Position numbers and translations under genes: made by a program | Shown: positions 28,778 through 38,158 of the stretch, in pieces | How positions within the stretch are numbered: the stretch's first letter is position 1 | How the letters are laid out: each line of letters opens with the position of its first letter | The notes under the pieces: generated by a model | What the model saw: the letters and a program-made list of their open reading frames with translations, nothing else | Database searches by the model: none | Told to the model about the DNA's origin: nothing | Origin: an uncultured delta proteobacterium | GTDB lineage: Bacteria > Desulfobacterota > Desulfobacteria > Desulfobacterales > JAHEIW01 | Assembly (NCBI GenBank): GCA_963706575.1 | Contig: CAVPNL010000003.1 | Coordinates: 64,001 to 128,000, forward strand | Direction of reading: 5' to 3' | DNA length: 64,000 nt

Positions 28778-29545
28778 ATGAAAGAACACCTATTAAAAAA
28801 AACTGGATTAATTGTCGATTTAAATGCAAAGACAGCTATCATCACCGGAGCAGCTGGCGGTATTGGCCAAGCCGTAGCCGACGCTGTTTTTGATGCAGGC
28901 GCCAACGTGTTTGCAGTCGACCAATCAGAAATAAACAGGCAAAACGATCCTAAAAAGGAAGGAACATATATTTGCCATGTGGCCGACGTCAGCTGCGCAT
29001 CTTCGGTGGAAACTATTATTAAAAAATGTCTGAATGATATTGGCCCACCGGATATTCTCATAAATATTGCCGCTATCAGCACCCCCAGCCCGGTCCGCGA
29101 TATGACCCTGGAAAATTGGAACCATAACCTGGACGTAAATCTGACATCTGTTTTTTTATGCAGCCAAGCAGTGCTTCCTTACATGATCGAGCTTGGTAAA
29201 GGGTGTATCATAAATTTCTCTTCAATGATTGCAAGAACGGGCGGAGAAACCAGCGCGCACTACTCAGCGGCAAAATCCGGCATAGAAGGCTTCAGCCGAA
29301 GTCTGGCAAGAGAGGTCGGCCCCGCCGGAATCCGAATCAATGTCATCGCACCGGGGATGATCGACACCCCGATGCTGGATTTGATGCCGCAAAACCAGCT
29401 TCAAAAGCTCATCAAGCGGATACCGCTGAGACGCGTCGGAAATCCTCATGATATAGTTGGTCTTACTTTACTGCTGGCCTCTGACGCGGGAAATTATATC
29501 ACTGGCCAAACATTTCATATAAATGGTGGTCTATATATGAATTGA
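28778..29545 (+). CDS. FabG-like SDR oxidoreductase
   Basis: TGAAGGIG, YSAAK, PGMIDT, INGG. Confidence 0.9.
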   Translation: MKEHLLKKTGLIVDLNAKTAIITGAAGGIGQAVADAVFDAGANVFAVDQSEINRQNDPKKEGTYICHVADVSCASSVETIIKKCLNDIGPPDILINIAAISTPSPVRDMTLENWNHNLDVNLTSVFLCSQAVLPYMIELGKGCIINFSSMIARTGGETSAHYSAAKSGIEGFSRSLAREVGPAGIRINVIAPGMIDTPMLDLMPQNQLQKLIKRIPLRRVGNPHDIVGLTLLLASDAGNYITGQTFHINGGLYMN

Positions 29546-29591
29546 TTGTTGGCGTAGCGCTTAGTGAAGTCCGGCTTGGAAAGATAACGAA

Positions 29592-29687
29592 ATGGAAGCC
29601 CTATATTTTGAAGATGTCAGAGTCGGAGAGACAATTACGGTTGGGGATTACAAATTAACTCAAAAAGATAATGGCGCTGGATTTTGA
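29592..29687 (+). pseudogene. 5' fragment of a MaoC-family dehydratase
   Basis: ATG 29592 gives MEALYFEDVRVGETITVGDYKLTQKD (typical MaoC N-terminus), then a stop. Confidence 0.65.
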
Positions 29688-29931
29688 CACTCTTTTCTGT
29701 GCACACAACCCCTGTCTCAAAAACGGAAAGCAAAACATAAAGAATAAATTGCAATTTCTGGAAGATCTTTGTGGTAATGTCCGGAAACTGGCACAAAAGG
29801 GGCATACTGAGAAGGCGGTAATTAAAGCGCTGGACCCTAAAAACGACCGTGGAATAAAATGGCTAACCATGGGCAATGTCAGCTTTGCCAATATGGTTCG
29901 ATCTGCACTGGCGTCGATTCGCAACCATTGA
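29659..29931 (+). pseudogene. 3' fragment of an MBL-fold metallo-hydrolase
   Basis: LKKIMALDFDTLFCAHNP resembles the last His motif of the MBL fold; the HxHxDH N-terminal part is absent. Confidence 0.6.
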
Positions 29932-30075
29932 TGAGTCCCAATTTTAGGGGTCATCGAAGCATTAGACCGAGGCGTCAAAAAAAACAGCGGCCTTCGCTCT
30001 GGCGAGTTGCGACGGTTAATGCCCGCAGTACAAAAAACGGAAAAGCCTCAGATACAATTGTGCCTCCGGGAGTTT

Positions 30076-33000
30076 TCAGCTACCCTCCGCCAGCAGCAGG
30101 TTGGTGACACCCCATATCCAGCCCTCGGTCTTTTGCACAAATTTGATGCGGTTTACACCGGAGATCTGAGCATCCGCCGGGATGGCGAAACTGTCGCCAG
30201 CATTAAGACCGTTATTGGGCCCTTTGCTGAGATAGCCCAACAGGTTGTCATTTAAATAAACGGCGATCTCATCGGTATAGTCGATGTCATAACCGGTGAC
30301 CGAGAACAGCAGATCTATAGACGTACCCGTAAAGCCGACGGTAAGTTCGGTCGCATGCTCGTTGCTCCCGTATTTATAACCGTATTCGCCGACGTCCATC
30401 ACACCGACGGTCAGTGTAATGTCGGACAGTGGAAGACTGTAATCCGCCAGCAGCAGGTTGGTGACACCCCAGGTGAAGCCTGCGGTCTTTTGCACAAATT
30501 TGATGCGGTTCTCCCCGGAGATCTGATCTGCTGCCGGGATGGCGAAACTGTCCCCGGCATTGAGGCCGTTGTCCGGCCCCTTGCTGAGATATCCCAGGAG
30601 GCTATCGTTTAGATACACCGCGACCTCATCGGCATAGTCAATATCATAGCCGGTCACCGAGAAGAACAGATCCATAGCGGTACCCGTAAAGCCGACGGTA
30701 AGTTCGGTCGCATGCTGGCTGCTCCCGTAATTGTTACCATATTCTCCATTGTCGATCACACCCACGGTCAGGCTGATATCCGCAGGCGGCGTTGTGTACT
30801 CTGCCAGCAGCAGGTCGGTGACACCCCATATCCAGCCCTCGGTCTTTTGCACAAATTTGATGCGGTTTACACCGGAGATCTGAGCATCCGCCGGGATGGC
30901 GAAACTGTCGCCAGCATTAAGACCGTTATTGGGCCCTTTGCTGAGATAGCCCAACAGGTTGTCATTTAAATAAACGGCGATCTCATCGGTATAGTCGATG
31001 TCATAACCGGTGACCGAGAACAGCAGATCTATAGACGTACCCGTAAAGCCGACGGTAAGTTCGGTCGCATGCTCGTTGCTCCCGTATTTATAACCGTATT
31101 CGCCGACGTCCATCACACCGACGGTCAGTGTAATGTCGGACAGTGGAAGACTGTAATCCGCCAGCAGCAGGTTGGTGACACCCCAGGTGAAGCCTGCGGT
31201 CTTTTGCACAAATTTGATGCGGTTCTCCCCGGAGATCTGATCTGCTGCCGGGATGGCGAAACTGTCCCCGGCATTGAGGCCGTTGTCCGGCCCCTTGCTG
31301 AGATATCCCAGGAGGCTATCGTTTAGATACACCGCGACCTCATCGGCATAGTCAATATCATAGCCGGTCACCGAGAAGAACAGATCCATAGCGGTACCCG
31401 TAAAGCCGACGGTAAGTTCGGTCGCATGCTGGCTGCTCCCGTAATTGTTACCATATTCTCCATTGTCGATCACACCCACGGTCAGGCTGATATCCGCAGG
31501 CGGCGTTGTGTACTCTGCCAGCAGCAGGTCGGTGACACCCCATATCCAGCCCTCGGTCTTTTGCACAAATTTGATGCGGTTTACACCGGAGATCTGAGCA
31601 TCCGCCGGGATGGCGAAACTGTCGCCAGCATTAAGACCGTTATTGGGCCCTTTGCTGAGATAGCCCAACAGGTTGTCATTTAAATAAACGGCGATCTCAT
31701 CGGTATAGTCGATGTCATAACCGGTGACCGAGAACACCAGATCTGCGAAGGCCTTTTGAAAAGTGGCCGTCAACTCGGTGGCATGCAGGTTGCTCCCATA
31801 ATTGTTACCATATTTTCCAGTGTCCATAATGTCCAATGTCAGAGGAATTTCGATCGTACCGCTGGGACCGACCACGTAAACAGTCAGCGAACGTGAAGCC
31901 GTCACACCGTCAGTATCGCTAACCTCCACGGTGAAGGTGTATTTCCACTGCCGGGTCGGGGTACCGGAAATGGTCCCATTCGGATACAGGCTGAGTCCGG
32001 GCGGCAGCGCGCCGGAAACGATTGTCCAGTTGTAGGGCGGTATGCCTCCACTGGCCTGGAGAATCTGGCTATAGCCTTGGTTAATCAGGGCATCGGGCAG
32101 GCTCTCAGTCTGGATCACCAGGGGTGACGGGTTGATCGTGATTGACAGATCTTGAGCGCCCGTTGCAAGGTTGGCATCAACCACCTCAACTGTGAATGAG
32201 CTGAGCCCGGCCGTCACCGGCACACCACTGATCCTGCCTGTATCGGGATCCAGTGTCAGGCCATCGGGAAGACTTCCCGCAGATATGGACCAGACATAGG
32301 GCGGCTGACCACCACTTGCCCTCAGGGTCGTGTTGTATGTTTCTCCCACCTGTCCATTGGGCAGGTCGACGGTCCGCACACTGAGACTCATTTTGACCCG
32401 GTAAATGCTACCGGCAGAATGATCGGCCAGGTAAAGATTGCCGTCTTCGCTATCCCCGAATGTGCTAATGCCGGACGGTGCCGAATCGAGCAGGAGAGCA
32501 GACTGCCACTCTGAGCCAGTTCGCTTCAGACCCCAGAGCTCTCCGCTACAAAAATCTGCATAAAGGTAAACCCCTCTCAGCAACGCAAATTGTTGGCCCC
32601 GGTAAACCTGTCCGCCGGTGACGGCGCAGCGATCTTCGGAATGGTCGTAAATTATGGTCGGCAGCATTAAATCTTCGGTATCGCAGGTCTCCCCGCCATA
32701 GCACTGATCGCCTTCCATAACGCTCCAGCCGTAATCCTCACCACCGGGGCTGGAGGCATCCTGGAAATTGACTTCCTCAAAGGTATCCTCGCCAACATCG
32801 GCCAGATACAGATCCCCGGTCAGGCGGTCGAAGCTGAAACGCCAGGGGTTTCGCAAACCCGACGCCCAGATTTCATCGCGTGCCCCGGCAACATCGATAA
32901 ATGGATTGTCCGGTGGGATGCCATAGGGCGTGCCTGTATCCACATCAATCCGCAGCATCTTGCCAACCAGATTATTCAGATCCCTGGCCGTATCCACCAC

Positions 33001-34983
33001 GGCACCATTTGAACTGCCGTCTCCCGTGCCGATGTAAAGGTATCCATCCGGCCCGAATGCCAAATGGCCACCGTAGTGGTCACCGGGTGGGGCGGGAATG
33101 GTGAGCAGAACATGTCTGCTGCCTTCATCGGCCAGGTTAACATCAGCGGATGAAACCGTGTAGCGGGCGACGACTAATTCACCATCCATATTGATGTGAC
33201 TGATGTAAAAATAGCCATTGGATGCATGGTTCGGGTGAAAAGCGATACTGAGCAGTCCCCCTTTGCTTCCGGTAGTTAGCGGTAAGACGAGGGATGAGAT
33301 ATCAAGAAAATGCCCGGGCAACAGGGTCGCCCCTTCGAGAATCACGATCTGACCGGGCTGTTGAGCGATAAAAAGGCGTCCGGAATCGTCGGCGGCATGC
33401 GTGATCGCAACTGGTCTATTAAGCCCCGTGATGACCTGTTCAAGCTCCAGGTTAATGCTGCTGATATCGTAGAGCCCGATTAAAGCTTCCCCTGCCGCGT
33501 CAACCTGGACACGCGGCAGCTCGGCCCCATTACTGGGGTCGGTAATCATTACGCCGGTGCTGGTAAGGACTTCCTCGATTTCGTCGACTGACGCCTCGGG
33601 CACAGCAGAATTCAGAACCGCCACGGCCCCGGCCACATGGGGAGCTGCCATGGAAGTTCCATCCTTGGCGGCAAATCCGCCTCCCGGTACCGCTGAATTG
33701 ATGCTCGTGCCCGGCGCCAGGCTATCGAGCCAGGATGCCGTGTTGGAAAAATACGCGACAGCGTCAGAGCCGGTCACCGCGCCCACGCTGATGGCGCTCG
33801 AGATGCAGGCCGGAGAGGAAATGGCGTTGGCATAACCATCATTGCCTGAAGCAATGACCGTAGCAATACCGACGGCACGCAGGTTATCAATGGCCTCCTT
33901 GAGGGCGGGCTCGGCATCATCACACGCCTGTTCCGAGCCATAGCTCTCCCCGCCCAGGCTCATATTAACCGCTGCTATGTCGAAGTTGTCTTTTTGATCA
34001 TAGACATATTCCAAACCGCGAATCACATCCGATGTGAAGGCAGACAGACAGGTGAAGTCCATAAACCCGCATGTAAAAATATTGTCTATACGGGAAAAAA
34101 CCTGGACGGCCATCAAGTCTGCATCCCTGGCAACACCGGCGTACTGGCTGTCATCCGCCGCAGCAATACCGGCGACGTGTGTGCCATGGTCACAGCCCAA
34201 AATGCCGTTGCAATTAATAGCCGCACCCGGCCCTATCTCCGTCTCGGTTCCGTCGGGACATAGGCTTGAGGCGTCATATGAGGGGCTGTCAGTTGAAAAA
34301 CAGGCTTCATCGATCACCTTTCCCGCCAGTGCACTGTGGGCGCTATCGATGCCGGTATCCAGAACGGCGATCACCTGCCCGGCACCCGTGTATCCTTCAG
34401 CCCAGGCAATATCTCCGCCAATTTGCGGAACGCTGTTGTTGAGCAACGGGCGCAGGAGCCTGTCTTCTTGGATACTGACCACCTCCTGAAGTCGGGCAAG
34501 ACGCGCGAGCTCGGATTCATCAACCGTCAGCGCCATGTAAGGAATTTGATTGAAAAGCACAAAAAAACGCGGATTCAGCGCACTCAGAAGCCGGTTTTGC
34601 AAGCGCTTGATGGCCGCACCCCGAAGGTTGCGTGCCTGCCGACTTTTGGCTTTTTTGCCGGTCAGCCCGGCAAAAGGTTCTGCCGGCGACTGCAACCGGA
34701 CAATGACCCGGGCCTGGCCTTCATCGCGGATCCTGGAGTTGAGCTTCTCGAGGATTTCAGGAGAAACTTTCAGGGATTGGATGTTAGAGGCATCCGCGTT
34801 GCCTGGAGTTTGGAGCAGCAAAAGAACAACGAGTATGCCAAGAAAAGGCACGATCCAGGGTATTGACGACCTGAAAAGTGTACATCGGCGCCACGGGCGA
34901 ATAGTTCGTTGTTTTCGGTAAAAAGCCGTTTTTTCATGGGAGGAATAAGGATAAATTATACAATTTACAATGGCGTTTATCAT
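30076..34983 (-). CDS. Secreted multidomain protein: S8 subtilase + PQQ-dependent sugar dehydrogenase-like propeller + two Ig-like (He_PIG) domains + five ~119-aa repeats
   Basis: Catalytic triad VLDTG / DHGTHVAG / GTSMAAPHVAG; HYGGHLAFGPDGYLY and GLRNPWRFSFD; LPDGLTLDPDTGRISGVP; hydrophobic signal segment; RBS AGGAGGAGG. Confidence 0.9.
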   Translation of the reverse strand: MINAIVNCIIYPYSSHEKTAFYRKQRTIRPWRRCTLFRSSIPWIVPFLGILVVLLLLQTPGNADASNIQSLKVSPEILEKLNSRIRDEGQARVIVRLQSPAEPFAGLTGKKAKSRQARNLRGAAIKRLQNRLLSALNPRFFVLFNQIPYMALTVDESELARLARLQEVVSIQEDRLLRPLLNNSVPQIGGDIAWAEGYTGAGQVIAVLDTGIDSAHSALAGKVIDEACFSTDSPSYDASSLCPDGTETEIGPGAAINCNGILGCDHGTHVAGIAAADDSQYAGVARDADLMAVQVFSRIDNIFTCGFMDFTCLSAFTSDVIRGLEYVYDQKDNFDIAAVNMSLGGESYGSEQACDDAEPALKEAIDNLRAVGIATVIASGNDGYANAISSPACISSAISVGAVTGSDAVAYFSNTASWLDSLAPGTSINSAVPGGGFAAKDGTSMAAPHVAGAVAVLNSAVPEASVDEIEEVLTSTGVMITDPSNGAELPRVQVDAAGEALIGLYDISSINLELEQVITGLNRPVAITHAADDSGRLFIAQQPGQIVILEGATLLPGHFLDISSLVLPLTTGSKGGLLSIAFHPNHASNGYFYISHINMDGELVVARYTVSSADVNLADEGSRHVLLTIPAPPGDHYGGHLAFGPDGYLYIGTGDGSSNGAVVDTARDLNNLVGKMLRIDVDTGTPYGIPPDNPFIDVAGARDEIWASGLRNPWRFSFDRLTGDLYLADVGEDTFEEVNFQDASSPGGEDYGWSVMEGDQCYGGETCDTEDLMLPTIIYDHSEDRCAVTGGQVYRGQQFALLRGVYLYADFCSGELWGLKRTGSEWQSALLLDSAPSGISTFGDSEDGNLYLADHSAGSIYRVKMSLSVRTVDLPNGQVGETYNTTLRASGGQPPYVWSISAGSLPDGLTLDPDTGRISGVPVTAGLSSFTVEVVDANLATGAQDLSITINPSPLVIQTESLPDALINQGYSQILQASGGIPPYNWTIVSGALPPGLSLYPNGTISGTPTRQWKYTFTVEVSDTDGVTASRSLTVYVVGPSGTIEIPLTLDIMDTGKYGNNYGSNLHATELTATFQKAFADLVFSVTGYDIDYTDEIAVYLNDNLLGYLSKGPNNGLNAGDSFAIPADAQISGVNRIKFVQKTEGWIWGVTDLLLAEYTTPPADISLTVGVIDNGEYGNNYGSSQHATELTVGFTGTAMDLFFSVTGYDIDYADEVAVYLNDSLLGYLSKGPDNGLNAGDSFAIPAADQISGENRIKFVQKTAGFTWGVTNLLLADYSLPLSDITLTVGVMDVGEYGYKYGSNEHATELTVGFTGTSIDLLFSVTGYDIDYTDEIAVYLNDNLLGYLSKGPNNGLNAGDSFAIPADAQISGVNRIKFVQKTEGWIWGVTDLLLAEYTTPPADISLTVGVIDNGEYGNNYGSSQHATELTVGFTGTAMDLFFSVTGYDIDYADEVAVYLNDSLLGYLSKGPDNGLNAGDSFAIPAADQISGENRIKFVQKTAGFTWGVTNLLLADYSLPLSDITLTVGVMDVGEYGYKYGSNEHATELTVGFTGTSIDLLFSVTGYDIDYTDEIAVYLNDNLLGYLSKGPNNGLNAGDSFAIPADAQISGVNRIKFVQKTEGWIWGVTNLLLAEGS
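30103..31736. repeat. Intragenic tandem duplication, 714-bp period (two 357-bp subunits), ~2.3 copies
   Basis: Identical shadow ORFs at 30355/31069 and 30712/31426; the stretches I spot-checked were nucleotide-identical. Confidence 0.92.
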
Positions 34984-35454
34984 AAGTGGCCTCCTCCTTT
35001 ATGCTCGGATTCCATTAACGTGTTTTGCTTTCATCCGTATTCACAGGATGTTAAAGTTTGAAAATAAATCGAAACAGCCGGAGGACACGCTCACGCCAAT
35101 TAATGATTAGAAGCCATCGTCTTCTTAATTCGGGCAATTCATGTTTCTCACTAGTATTTTCCGGATTTGGTAATGAGCGGAAAGGAGACCAAAGATAAAG
35201 TCCCAGGAATAAACTGCACCTTACCTTTTGTATTGATTGGCCCGAAAATCCTCATCCCCCCTCGTTTCTGGTGTAAAATGCAAAAATCATGCAAAAAAAT
35301 ATATTAGACCAAATTGTAAAATAAAGATAATATTGCAAATACTTACAAAATAAGCCTAAAAAATCTTGCGGGATATTGTGAAAAAAATTACTTACAATGC
35401 TGAAATTCATTTCACAAAATTGTAATTCCTAATCTGTTTGATTAAAGGAAAATT

Positions 35455-35720
35455 ATTAAAGGAAAAGCGACCAAGGATATTCGGGACGGCTTAAAGCGTC
35501 GATATGAGATAGTCGGAAGTTTTTATGGTCGAATGTGAAAGGCGGCCTTATTTTGAATGATCTCAGGCATGCGTTTGCCAGAGTAGCATAAAAGGCGGGA
35601 GTTGCAAGAAACGTAATCATGTTTATTATGGGTCACAGTAATGCCAGCGACATGAATTTTGGATAGGGTAAAATTGACGATGCAAATTTGCTGGATGCGA
35701 TTGATAAAATCGAGGCTTAA
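35455..35720 (+). pseudogene. Decayed tyrosine recombinase/integrase C-terminus
   Basis: KGKATKDIRDGLKR...YGR / frameshift / KGGLILNDLRHAFARVA*KAGVARNVIMFIMGHS...MNFG*: box II (H->N)DLRH, GH, and a TAG at the expected catalytic Tyr position. Confidence 0.8.
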
Positions 35721-35754
35721 TTACTGAATGTTGATCCTGCTGTTGACCGAGAGC

Positions 35755-35783
35755 AAAAAAAAATGGCCTGGCAAAGCAGGCCA
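35755..35783 (-). terminator. Rho-independent terminator downstream of the tRNA
   Basis: Stem TGGCCTG/CAGGCCA followed by a 9-T run on the minus strand. Confidence 0.7.
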
Positions 35784-35792
35784 AGACGTATC

Positions 35793-35805
35793 CAAGTTAT
35801 TGATT
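35793..35805 (-). promoter_or_regulatory. IHF consensus site next to the tRNA 3' end (att-like context)
   Basis: AATCAATAACTTG matches WATCAANNNNTTR. Confidence 0.55.
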
Positions 35806-35811
35806 TTATTG

Positions 35812-35898
35812 TGGTGCCGAAGGGGAGACTCGAACTCCCATGTCCATACAGACACTAGACCCTGAACCTAGCGCGTCTACCAGTTCCGCCACTTCGGC
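35812..35898 (-). tRNA. tRNA-Leu(CAG)
   Basis: GCCGAAG...CTTCGGC-ACCA acceptor stem, anticodon arm CTAGG-TTCAGGG-TCTAG, long variable arm, GTTCGAG T-loop. Confidence 0.95.
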
Positions 35899-36039
35899 AC
35901 ACACGAGAGCCATCAGACTTAAAAGGTGCTCAAGGGTTGCTTTAAATATCTTTTTTTACTATGCATGTCAAGGCTATACCCCAATTGGTCGTAAACAAAA
36001 TGAAAAACCGGGATGAGACTTTAAAATAGTAGAAATTTT

Positions 36040-36999
36040 ATGAAAATTATCGACCGTCTCGAAAATATTACACAACCATTTAAAAATGCCGTCATCACCA
36101 TCGGCAATTTCGATGGGGTTCATATCGGACATCAGGCACTGTTTCATGAAGTCATTGAAAAGGCCGATGCCATTGACGGTACATCCATTGCCATGACGTT
36201 TGACCCCCACCCCATGCGGGTGTTGCAGAAAAACAACATCCCGCCCCTGATCACCCTGCAGGAACAGAAGACCGAACTCATCGAGCGCTCCGGGATGGAA
36301 GTACTCATCTGCATCCCTTTTACAAAACAATTTGCCTCGCTGTCGGCTGAAGATTTTATTAAAAACTTACTGGTCGACAAAATCGGCATGAAGGCGATTA
36401 TCGTCGGCGGAGATTATACGTTTGGCAAAAACCGTGAAGGCAACCTGGCGCTTTTAAAATCCTTTGCTTTTCAATTGGGCTATGAAGTCATTGTCGCCGA
36501 TTGGATCAAAGCAGCGCAGAATGTTTCCGATCGCATCAGCAGCACCAAAATCAGAGAACTGGTGATGGCCGGTAACATCGAACCGGCCAGCAAAATGCTA
36601 GGCCGCCATTATCAAATCCGGGGACGTGTAGTCAAGGGCCGTGACCGCGGTGGCAAACTTCTTGGAATTCCCACTGCCAATATCAACCTGCAGGATGAGC
36701 TCTGTCCCAAAACCGGGATATATGCCGTAACCGTGGAATACAACAATCGGATCTACAAAAGCGTTGCCAATATCGGGTACAGTCCCACCTTCGATGATAA
36801 CGAATTCACGGTAGAAGTCCACCTGTTAGATTTCGCCGAAAACATTTATGATGAAAAGATCCGGGTTAATTTTATTGAGCGTATCCGCGATGAAAAGAAA
36901 TTTGCCGACATTTCCGAATTAAAAGAACAGATCAATCAGGACATTAAAGCAGCTGATAAAATACTTGCAGCCTACAACAACTTGCGGTTGAGCAGATAG
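36040..36999 (+). CDS. ribF: Bifunctional riboflavin kinase/FAD synthetase
   Basis: IGNFDGVHIGH, ISSTKIR, GIPTAN, EVHLLDF. Confidence 0.97.
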   Translation: MKIIDRLENITQPFKNAVITIGNFDGVHIGHQALFHEVIEKADAIDGTSIAMTFDPHPMRVLQKNNIPPLITLQEQKTELIERSGMEVLICIPFTKQFASLSAEDFIKNLLVDKIGMKAIIVGGDYTFGKNREGNLALLKSFAFQLGYEVIVADWIKAAQNVSDRISSTKIRELVMAGNIEPASKMLGRHYQIRGRVVKGRDRGGKLLGIPTANINLQDELCPKTGIYAVTVEYNNRIYKSVANIGYSPTFDDNEFTVEVHLLDFAENIYDEKIRVNFIERIRDEKKFADISELKEQINQDIKAADKILAAYNNLRLSR

Positions 37000-37034
37000 A
37001 GTTTCCAGCGTTCCGTCTAATCCGCGTCCGGTAT

Positions 37035-38123
37035 ATGAAAAATCACTTAATCATTACTCTGGTGGCCAGCATTGCGCTTTCTGCGGCAGCACTTTATTTT
37101 GCGTTCCGCAATGTCCCGCTCAATGACCTGTTGCATTATCTCGGGTCCATCAATTACCTCTGGACATTTCCGGCCGTTATCCTGACTCTGATCAGTTTTT
37201 TTATCAGAGCCCTGCGGTGGCAATTTATTTTGGCATCGAGCCATAAAATTGGAATCTGGCGGGCCTTTCACCCCATGATGATCGGATTCATGATTAACTG
37301 CATCCTGCCGGGAAGACTTGGAGAATTCGCAAGACCCGCAATTCTACAAAAAAACGAAAAAGTACCCTTTGCCACCGGCATTGCCACCGTTGTTGCGGAA
37401 CGTGTATTTGACGTGGGTGCTCTGGTTGTGTTTGCGGTAATTACCCTTGCTGCTATTGATATCAATCCGGAAGTGGAAATTGTATTCGGCGAATTTAGCA
37501 TGAATCGCGCCACGCTCGAAGTCCTTTTCAGTCGAATTATTCTGATGGGCATCCTTTTGATTGTTGGGATAATTGGGATCAGCATTCCGTTCATCCGCCG
37601 CGCCATACATCGGGTCATTCTGGTGCTCCCGGCCCTGGCCTTCTCTGCGACTGAAGAAACGAAAACAAAAATCAGAGACAAAGTATGTGCACCTTTGACT
37701 CGATTTGTTGACAACATCGCCATGGGGTTTACGTTACTAAAGTATCCTAAAAAAATAATGCTGTGTGCGATCTACTCGCTTCTCGTGTGGATCATTGCGG
37801 CCTTTTCCTATTATGTTTTCAGCCTCGGCTGCCCGGGGGTTCATTTATCTTATACTGAAATGTTTGCCGTCATGGTTATCATTTGCCTGTTTATCGCCCT
37901 GCCATCGGTTCCCGGTTTCTGGGGGGTGTGGGAGGCTGGCGGCGTTTTTGCCATGTCTATATTTGGGGTTCCGGCCAATGCAGCCGCCGGTTTTACGCTG
38001 GCCAATCATGGGATTCAAATATTTCCGGTGATTATTGTGGGGTTTATCTCAACCATCATTACCAGTGTTAATATCTGGCAGGTTTCATATCAGAAAAAGG
38101 CCGCCGAATCCCAAACGGGTTGA
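37035..38123 (+). CDS. Lysylphosphatidylglycerol synthase TM / flippase-like membrane protein
   Basis: RALRW, NCILPGRLGEFAR, ERVFD, PSVPGFWGVWE. Confidence 0.85.
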   Translation: MKNHLIITLVASIALSAAALYFAFRNVPLNDLLHYLGSINYLWTFPAVILTLISFFIRALRWQFILASSHKIGIWRAFHPMMIGFMINCILPGRLGEFARPAILQKNEKVPFATGIATVVAERVFDVGALVVFAVITLAAIDINPEVEIVFGEFSMNRATLEVLFSRIILMGILLIVGIIGISIPFIRRAIHRVILVLPALAFSATEETKTKIRDKVCAPLTRFVDNIAMGFTLLKYPKKIMLCAIYSLLVWIIAAFSYYVFSLGCPGVHLSYTEMFAVMVIICLFIALPSVPGFWGVWEAGGVFAMSIFGVPANAAAGFTLANHGIQIFPVIIVGFISTIITSVNIWQVSYQKKAAESQTG

Positions 38124-38158
38124 AACGATACCGACCTTTGTGCGATAATGGTTCAACT

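Noticed and set aside
30103..31736. Long repeats as a CRISPR array or mobile element
   Set aside because: The 357/714-bp units are in frame within a CDS and have no spacers; no cas genes or transposase are present
35279..35294. Possible sigma-54 promoter for the protease (minus strand TTGCATGATTTTTGCA)
   Set aside because: Has TG instead of the near-invariant GG at -24
34984..35450. Riboswitch (e.g. c-di-GMP) in the long leader of the protease gene
   Set aside because: No aptamer consensus recognised by eye; an Rfam scan is needed
35455..35720. Stop-codon recoding (Sec/Pyl) in the integrase remnant
   Set aside because: Mixed TAA/TAG stops plus a frameshift and a catalytic substitution indicate decay
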